A stretch of DNA of 64,000 bases, taken from assembly GCA_020051175.1 (NCBI GenBank), contig JAGVJJ010000042.1, positions 26,720-90,719 on the forward strand. The letters are read 5' to 3'. Positions 53,272 through 64,000 of this stretch are shown here, piece after piece. The notes below the pieces were generated by a model. That model saw only the letters and a list, made by a program, of their open reading frames with translations, made no database searches and had not been told where the DNA came from. Every line of letters starts with the position of its first letter. The first letter of the stretch is position 1. A program made the position numbers and the translations under genes. Source of the stretch: Bacteroidia bacterium. GTDB lineage: Bacteria > Bacteroidota > Bacteroidia > 2-12-FULL-35-15.

Positions 53272-53279
53272 TAATTTTG
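53272..53279 (+). promoter_or_regulatory. Bacteroidota -7 promoter box TAATTTTG
   Basis: Perfect TAnnTTTG ending 19 nt before ATG 53298. Confidence 0.45.
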
Positions 53280-53297
53280 TGTGTATAAACTGCCCCA

Positions 53298-54149
53298 ATG
53301 TTGTTTAACCGTGTTTTCCTGACTTTTCTGATGTATATTCTGTTGTACACAGGAAATAGCTTTGCGCAGGACGAAATATGTGATTGCCCTTCCATGAGCA
53401 AAAAAGGCAAAGGCAGCTTTTACTTTTCCTGGGGGTATAACCGCGACTGGTATTCCAAAAGTGATTTGCATTTCAAAAATACTTCAGGGGACTACAATGC
53501 CACTACCGGCAATTACGATTCGTATGATTTTACCATTTATGATGTAAAAGCAAAGGATCGCCCTGGCTTTCGCGATATTTTACGAACAGACTTAACCATA
53601 CCACAATACGTTTACCGCCTTGGGTACTACTTTAACAACAAACGCGATTTAGGCATTGAAATAAACTTCGACCATGCCAAATACGTGATGGTAGGATGGC
53701 AGACGCTGCGTGTAAAAGGCACTATCCATGGACAACAGATAGATAAAGATACGCTTGTAAGCCCAGATAGTTTTCTACATTTTGAACACAGCGATGGCGC
53801 TAACTTCCTGATGCTAAACGCAATGAAACGCCAGCGTTTACTTGTAAGTAAAAACAAAAAACTATGGTTAAGCGGGGTAATTAAAGCGGGGGCAGGTGCA
53901 GTAATCCCACGTACGGATGTAACGCTCTTCGGGCAGCGCCTGAATAACCGCTTTCACGTAGCCGGATATATTGCAGGCGTTGAAACAGGCATTCGGATTG
54001 ATGCTTACAAACATTTTTTTCTGGAATATACTGCAAAAGGAGCTTATGCCAATTATATGAATGTGCTTGTGATTGGAGCTGGCAAGGCACACCATCATTT
54101 CTGGGTGTTTGAGAACATTCTTACGCTGGGGCTGCAGTTTGGGGTGTAA
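53298..54149 (+). CDS. Putative outer-membrane beta-barrel protein, unknown function
   Basis: Signal peptide MLFNRVFLTFLMYILLYTGNSFAQ. Alternating-pattern strands (FYFSWGYNRDWY, YRLGYYFN, LGIEINFDHAKY, FFLEYTAKGAYANY, LTLGLQFGV). No recognised motif. Confidence 0.55.
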   Translation: MLFNRVFLTFLMYILLYTGNSFAQDEICDCPSMSKKGKGSFYFSWGYNRDWYSKSDLHFKNTSGDYNATTGNYDSYDFTIYDVKAKDRPGFRDILRTDLTIPQYVYRLGYYFNNKRDLGIEINFDHAKYVMVGWQTLRVKGTIHGQQIDKDTLVSPDSFLHFEHSDGANFLMLNAMKRQRLLVSKNKKLWLSGVIKAGAGAVIPRTDVTLFGQRLNNRFHVAGYIAGVETGIRIDAYKHFFLEYTAKGAYANYMNVLVIGAGKAHHHFWVFENILTLGLQFGV

Positions 54150-54376
54150 CTGGTTTAGTATTGGTTTTTAGGCCGTCTTATTGGTTTATATCTCCAAATT
54201 TCAAAAATCGTTCGTTGGTGTAGATGTGATGACCATGAGAACTTTCTCCCCACTGATAGTTTACGATTTCAAAAATACCGTATAAAAAAAAGAATTTATT
54301 GTCTTCGGAGATATAAATCTTAAACTGATTTAAGTTTATGAATTGGGTTCCGCTGTGGTAACAATTTGAGAATTTT

Positions 54377-56251
<1,875 letters not shown>

Positions 56252-56287
56252 ACTATTAATGCTTTTTCTTAATATTTTATTCTAAGA

Positions 56288-59200
56288 TTACTTTTCGGAA
56301 CTTATCCCAAGTATAATTCCCTCCAGACGTGTAATACGTGATTCCTGTTTTTCAACCTCCGATCGTAGTTTATTGTTATCGGCCTTATAAACGTTGTTTT
56401 CATTTTTTAAATTTTCAATTTCCGACTGAAGCTTCTCAATTACCTTCTCCTGCATATTGTTTAGATGCGAAAGTTCCTGAATGGCTGCAATACCAATCGT
56501 AAATATTCTGTCGTAATCAATCGTTTTGTAATCTTTTACTTCTTTACCATAAACAAATATTTTTGCCGTTGTTGCTACACTATCAATAACAGAAAGTGTT
56601 ACCCGGTTCTCATTTATAGCGGCAACTGCCCATTTATATTCATTTCCGTCTTCGGTTATTATCTTTAGTTTATCCCCTACACTAACCTCGTTTACTCTTT
56701 TTAATTCAAAAGACAGCTGATTGTTTTGCATGTGTGTGTGCTCTACAAACTCCATGATATTTGGAATTACATCTGCATTTGTATTGATTACTTCCGGCAG
56801 CACCTGCTCCACTTCCTGGGCAATAAAGCCATCCTCAAACAAGTGTGTCGATTTGCTTCTATCGATCCAGTTATATGTTACCGGATTTAATTTATCTATC
56901 AAATCCAGTGCTTCAGCAGAATTTCGCCTCAAGATATTTTCTTTTGCTCTTCTGTCCGATGTCGCATAAAACCCACCCACAGCCCAAACAGCAGCATTGG
57001 ATTTTATAGCTATATTAGGTGTTACATTGGCTGGAGGACCGGAAGTATTATCTGAACCGGAAGTAAAGTAGGTCATGCTGGTGCTTGGAATTACGGTTCC
57101 GCTAGATACTTCCAGCGAATAACCTGGTGTAGTGGTGCCAATGCCTACATTTCCACCACCTGATTCAACTATCAAGGCGTACTTATTGTTCACTGTTCCA
57201 CTTGGAACATCTACATACAAACCATACCAGGTTCCTACGGTACCGGAATTAGAAAGATTAGAGCGCAATCCATAAGCTGTTGTAACGCTTCCCCCAACAT
57301 CCTGGTTTCTAATGATGGAATATACCCCATAAAGCGTTGGTACAGAAGTAGAAGTACTTTTTATGGCCTCAATCCGCGCTCCATAACCGGTTGTAAGCGT
57401 TCCGGTAGAATTATTATCAACACTGCTATATATTCCGTAGGCAGTTCCTATTGACCCTGAAGAAGCGTTAGAAACATAAGCTCTGATACCATAAGCTGTT
57501 GTTACAGTTCCGGTACTCTGGTTATACACCAGTCCACGTAATCCTTGAGCATTGTCAATGGTTCCGGTCCCAAGATGGTCCACTCTCGATTCGGTTCCAA
57601 ACAAACCACCAGTAAAATTTTGTGCATTTCCGGATTGAGTACTTTGATATGATCTGAAACCATAAAAGCTACCCGCACTGGCACCAGCTGGATTCAGAGT
57701 ACTAACAATATTCTGGGTATAGTATGAGCTGGCAGCAACATCGGTACGGGTTTCTGAGATATGTAACTTATTCGTTGGATTGCTGGTACCTATCCCAACA
57801 TCTCCGTCTGGGTCGATTCTCATTCTTTCAATACCGGTATCATCTGTTTCCGTATATGTTGGTGCAGTAAAAAAACGGATTACCGTTGCATCCGGCCGGG
57901 ACCAACCTGCCCCGCCTATATACACTTGAAGATCTGTACCATTATCCCAGGTTGCAAAGCCGGAAAACGGAGTATTTGTCTGCGTTTTTCTTTTCCCTGT
58001 AATGATAGCTCCATTATTGTTTCCTGAGGTAACATCATATCCAAGGGTTAATGCATTATAATCAGCAGAAGCTTTTATTTCTAATTTTCCCTGTGGACGT
58101 GTTGTTCCAACACCAACTTGAGTACCATATATATTAAAAGTCGTAGGAGAATTCCAACGCCCCATATTCATAGTGTTTGTGTCTACACGAATAATATATT
58201 GGTTTCCACTGTTATTTGTTTCATTGATTCTCAGGTAGGGTGATGGTGCCTGAATAAATACATCACCTCCGTTTACCATTAGTTTATAAGTAGAACTGGT
58301 AGTTCCAATACCAACGTTTGTTCCGTCATCGTATATGATACTGTTCCCTAAGGTTGCACCATCAGGTGTCCATTTAGGAAGATAATTTAATGTACCGCTA
58401 CCCGTAATAACACCGGCTGTTGTGGCTGTTGTGGCTGAGAGGTTGCCATTTGCATCAGCTATTACAAAACGATTACCTGTACCGGTTAGGGTTTGAAAAC
58501 GAACTCCACCAGTTGTGTGGAATTGTGTTGATGGAGAAGATGTACCAATTCCAACACTTCCAGTATGGGTAATTATCATTTTTTCCGAGTGATCACCATT
58601 TGCAGTGTAAAAACGTAAATCAGCTGCATTACCTGAAATTGCCTGAACAGACTTGATGGCTGCTGCTCTTATGTTTCCGGAAGCCCCATTAGGAACAAAG
58701 TATAATCCGACAGCCGTATTGGCAACATTTGCTGTATTATTTCTTAAAACAGCAGTCGCTCCCTCGGCACCGGAAACATTGTAATTAATTTCAAAGTTCC
58801 CACCAGGACTGGTTGTTCCCAAACCAATATTGCCTGCAAAATAATTTTTTTGAATTGTTCCAGCCTGATAGATACCATAATCATTGGTAGCGCTACCAAC
58901 AAACGAAGCTATTCTTAGACCATATCGATTGACAGCTGAACCACCAGCATCAACAGAAACTTTCTTTATGTCTACACCAAGCAAATCTGTCACCGTACTT
59001 CCTCCCGTCTGAACATCCACCCAAGCCCCGGTTTCAGTCGCAATTGTAGTTCCTGCATTCCCACCAAAAGCCCCTGCATATAAGGCAGACATTGTGGTAA
59101 TTGTATTGCCTGTACCCTCGTCCCAAACCTCACCGTCAAGTCCCCAAATCCCTCCAGCACCAACAGTAATTCCATTCGCCTGATTATAAGCATAAGCCCC

Positions 59201-60475
59201 TAAGCCTTCTATTCCTAAAACATTTTTATTATTTGATGAAGGAACAACAATTTCGGAGTAATTGGCAAAAATACCTGCATTGATACTGGCACCATAGTTT
59301 GCCGAAGGAGAATATGTTATTTGTGTATTCATTCCTCCAGCAGTCCACGAACCAGGAATAGACGTATTTGTTCTTACTAAATGCATGGGTGTTGAAGGAC
59401 TGGTTGTTCCGAAACCAACATTCCCACTTGCATCTTCGAAGATAGGTGCAGTTGTACAGATTGCAGCCGTGCCATCCGATTTCATTATATAATTTGCCGA
59501 AGCACAACCTACGGGCCCTGTAGCACCTGTTGAACCCGTGCTTCCGGTTGGGCTTGTAGTACCCGTTGCTCCCGTACTTCCGGTTGAACCGGTATTGCTT
59601 GTTGCGCCCGTGCTCCCAGTTGAGCCAGTATTACTTGTAGCACCTGTGCTGCCCGTTGAACCAGTACTGCTTGTTACACCAGTGCTTCCGGTTGAGCCAG
59701 TATTTGATGTTGCTCCCGTACTTCCGGTTGAGCCTGTATCTCCTATTTGTCCTGTACTACCCGTTGAACCGGTATTGCTTGTTACGCCCGTGCTTCCTGT
59801 TGAACCGGTATTACTAGTTGCTCCGGTACTTCCGGTTGAGCCTGTATCTCCTATTTGTCCTGTACTACCCGTTGAACCGGTATTGCTTGTTGCTCCCGTG
59901 CTTCCGGTTGAACCAGTATTACTTGTTGCTCCGGTACTTCCGGTTGAACCGGTATCTCCTATTAATCCTGTACTACCCGTTGAACCAGTATTACTTGTTG
60001 CTCCCGTACTTCCTGTTGCGCCTGTTGAACTTGTCGCACCGGTATTTCCTGTTACACCTGTATCTCCTGTTCTACCCGTTACACCAATAGTTCCGGTTGG
60101 GCCAGTTACACCGGTAGTTCCGGTAGAACCTGTATTGGCTGTTGCACCCGTAGAACCTGTGCTTCCTGTTGCCCCGTTAATTCCTAAACCACCTGCAACC
60201 GACTGCCAATAAGTGCCATTGAAATAATAGAATGTATTATTTGTGGTGAGGTAAATCAATAGTCCTGTTGCAGGAGAAGATACGGCATTCGTATCCGCAA
60301 TACGGGGTGCAAGAAACCCTTTATCGGCAGACGTAAGATCCAGTAATGAGCTTGAATGAGGATTTATGGTTCCAATGCCTACGTTGTTTTGAGCATAAGC
60401 TTTATGAAAACCAAACTGCCAAATATCTGAGAAGCAAATTAAATAACAAGCTAAATAAATTATTCTTGAGTTCAT
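56288..60475 (-). CDS. Secreted tail-fibre-like protein 2 (1395 aa): conserved head, ~74 collagen-type triplet positions, long VGIGT-motif body, peptidase-S74 domain, coiled coil
   Basis: Head: [35 protein letters not shown]...[26 protein letters not shown]-rich region at aa 101-322. Junction: [41 protein letters not shown]. Eight (N/S/D/Q)VG(I/V/F/L)GT..P motifs. S74: [10 protein letters not shown]...NPVTYNW...[15 protein letters not shown]. The last ~60 aa are coiled coil ([12 protein letters not shown]...RLEG). Confidence 0.9.
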   Translation of the reverse strand: MNSRIIYLACYLICFSDIWQFGFHKAYAQNNVGIGTINPHSSSLLDLTSADKGFLAPRIADTNAVSSPATGLLIYLTTNNTFYYFNGTYWQSVAGGLGINGATGSTGSTGATANTGSTGTTGVTGPTGTIGVTGRTGDTGVTGNTGATSSTGATGSTGATSNTGSTGSTGLIGDTGSTGSTGATSNTGSTGSTGATSNTGSTGSTGQIGDTGSTGSTGATSNTGSTGSTGVTSNTGSTGSTGQIGDTGSTGSTGATSNTGSTGSTGVTSSTGSTGSTGATSNTGSTGSTGATSNTGSTGSTGATGTTSPTGSTGSTGATGPVGCASANYIMKSDGTAAICTTAPIFEDASGNVGFGTTSPSTPMHLVRTNTSIPGSWTAGGMNTQITYSPSANYGASINAGIFANYSEIVVPSSNNKNVLGIEGLGAYAYNQANGITVGAGGIWGLDGEVWDEGTGNTITTMSALYAGAFGGNAGTTIATETGAWVDVQTGGSTVTDLLGVDIKKVSVDAGGSAVNRYGLRIASFVGSATNDYGIYQAGTIQKNYFAGNIGLGTTSPGGNFEINYNVSGAEGATAVLRNNTANVANTAVGLYFVPNGASGNIRAAAIKSVQAISGNAADLRFYTANGDHSEKMIITHTGSVGIGTSSPSTQFHTTGGVRFQTLTGTGNRFVIADANGNLSATTATTAGVITGSGTLNYLPKWTPDGATLGNSIIYDDGTNVGIGTTSSTYKLMVNGGDVFIQAPSPYLRINETNNSGNQYIIRVDTNTMNMGRWNSPTTFNIYGTQVGVGTTRPQGKLEIKASADYNALTLGYDVTSGNNNGAIITGKRKTQTNTPFSGFATWDNGTDLQVYIGGAGWSRPDATVIRFFTAPTYTETDDTGIERMRIDPDGDVGIGTSNPTNKLHISETRTDVAASSYYTQNIVSTLNPAGASAGSFYGFRSYQSTQSGNAQNFTGGLFGTESRVDHLGTGTIDNAQGLRGLVYNQSTGTVTTAYGIRAYVSNASSGSIGTAYGIYSSVDNNSTGTLTTGYGARIEAIKSTSTSVPTLYGVYSIIRNQDVGGSVTTAYGLRSNLSNSGTVGTWYGLYVDVPSGTVNNKYALIVESGGGNVGIGTTTPGYSLEVSSGTVIPSTSMTYFTSGSDNTSGPPANVTPNIAIKSNAAVWAVGGFYATSDRRAKENILRRNSAEALDLIDKLNPVTYNWIDRSKSTHLFEDGFIAQEVEQVLPEVINTNADVIPNIMEFVEHTHMQNNQLSFELKRVNEVSVGDKLKIITEDGNEYKWAVAAINENRVTLSVIDSVATTAKIFVYGKEVKDYKTIDYDRIFTIGIAAIQELSHLNNMQEKVIEKLQSEIENLKNENNVYKADNNKLRSEVEKQESRITRLEGIILGISSEK
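56786..56959 (-). other. Peptidase S74 intramolecular chaperone domain of protein 2
   Basis: [58 protein letters not shown]. The Ser codon is at 56957-56959 (plus-strand cga). Confidence 0.8.
59510..60175 (-). repeat. Collagen-like coding repeat with 36-nt and 108-nt higher-order periodicity
   Basis: The 12-aa unit [12 protein letters not shown] sits within a 36-aa unit (..[36 protein letters not shown]). The string ccggttgagcctgtatctcctatttgtcctgtactacccgttgaaccggtattgcttgtt starts at both 59724 and 59832 (offset 108). Confidence 0.9.
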
Positions 60476-60528
60476 ACCTTTAAATATATTTAGTACATCA
60501 AAAAATTGGAATCATTCTGATAATTAAA

Positions 60529-63657
<3,129 letters not shown>

Positions 63658-64000
63658 ATATCAGAGTTAAAATACCGGTAAATTAAAAATCGGCAACTGC
63701 TTAGGAACAGATACGCAATTTTAGAAACTTTAATGTTAAAATGAATTGAAACCTTAGGTTAAAAATAAGCAAAAGATGCGTCTAATGCAACTTTTGAGGT
63801 CAATCTTACGGTATATACGTTTAATCTTCCCGGAAGGTTCAAATGGCTCAGAATTAGAAAAGATACTTTCTATCGATTTATTAACAATGGAGAAAAGAGG
63901 CAACAATAAAAAAGCAAACCGCCCCAGGTACAACCAATCTTCAGGGGGAAATGACTATTTTTTTGCTTCTATGCCAAGCTGCATTTTAATTTTTTCGATA

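Noticed and set aside
54150-54376. About 65 codons open on the minus strand downstream of fibre gene 1 (…FFFLYGIFEIVNYQWGESSHGHHIYTNERFLKFGDINQ)
   Set aside because: No ATG/GTG/TTG start gives a credible ORF and it is absent from the ORF track. It may be a gene remnant, but I cannot support it.
63946-64000. Possible 3' end of a minus-strand gene at the window edge (…IEKIKMQLGIEAKK-stop)
   Set aside because: Only about 17 codons are visible, too few to support a CDS call or a product.

Overview
This 64-kb chromosomal segment reads as Bacteroidota, probably Chitinophagia/Sphingobacteriia-like. Five proteins end in T9SS C-terminal sorting domains, TAnnTTTG -7 promoter boxes precede several genes, the BCKDH E1 alpha and beta subunits are fused, and there are no Shine-Dalgarno sites. 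I support 45 CDS. Two are absent from the supplied ORF track: a partial gene at the 5' edge and a 48-codon ORF. I also support three clear intrinsic terminators, a few promoter boxes and a set of unusual intergenic repeats. I saw no rRNA, tRNA, CRISPR array, transposase, integrase, toxin-antitoxin pair or recognisable defence gene. Housekeeping content: cyclophilin, fused BCKDH E1, nth, a TonB-dependent receptor, recN, fabI, pgi and a sugar nucleotidyltransferase. Accessory content: glycoside hydrolases (GH5-like, GH15, GH26-like, one unassigned), three two-component systems, a sigma-54 activator and many secreted or T9SS proteins. Three things deserve a second look. (1) At 54.4-63.7 kb, three tandem host-encoded proteins carry signal peptides, G-X-T collagen-like stalks and phage tail-fibre style bodies. 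Two end in a peptidase-S74 intramolecular-chaperone domain, there is no phage context, and a Phe-rich collagen-like T9SS cargo lies next to them. (2) At 15.9-25.2 kb, a tightly coupled seven-gene operon runs HMG-CoA reductase, UbiA prenyltransferase, RPH-like PEP-utilising phosphotransferase, BtaA-like DUF3419, VTE5/DGK1-like kinase, GNAT, adenylate-forming ligase. It looks like a pathway for an uncharacterised isoprenoid or amino-lipid. (3) A family of intergenic elements is built from tandem 7-8-nt words, often arranged as long imperfect palindromes that start at or inside stop codons. All family assignments come from motif recognition by eye. No searches were run.
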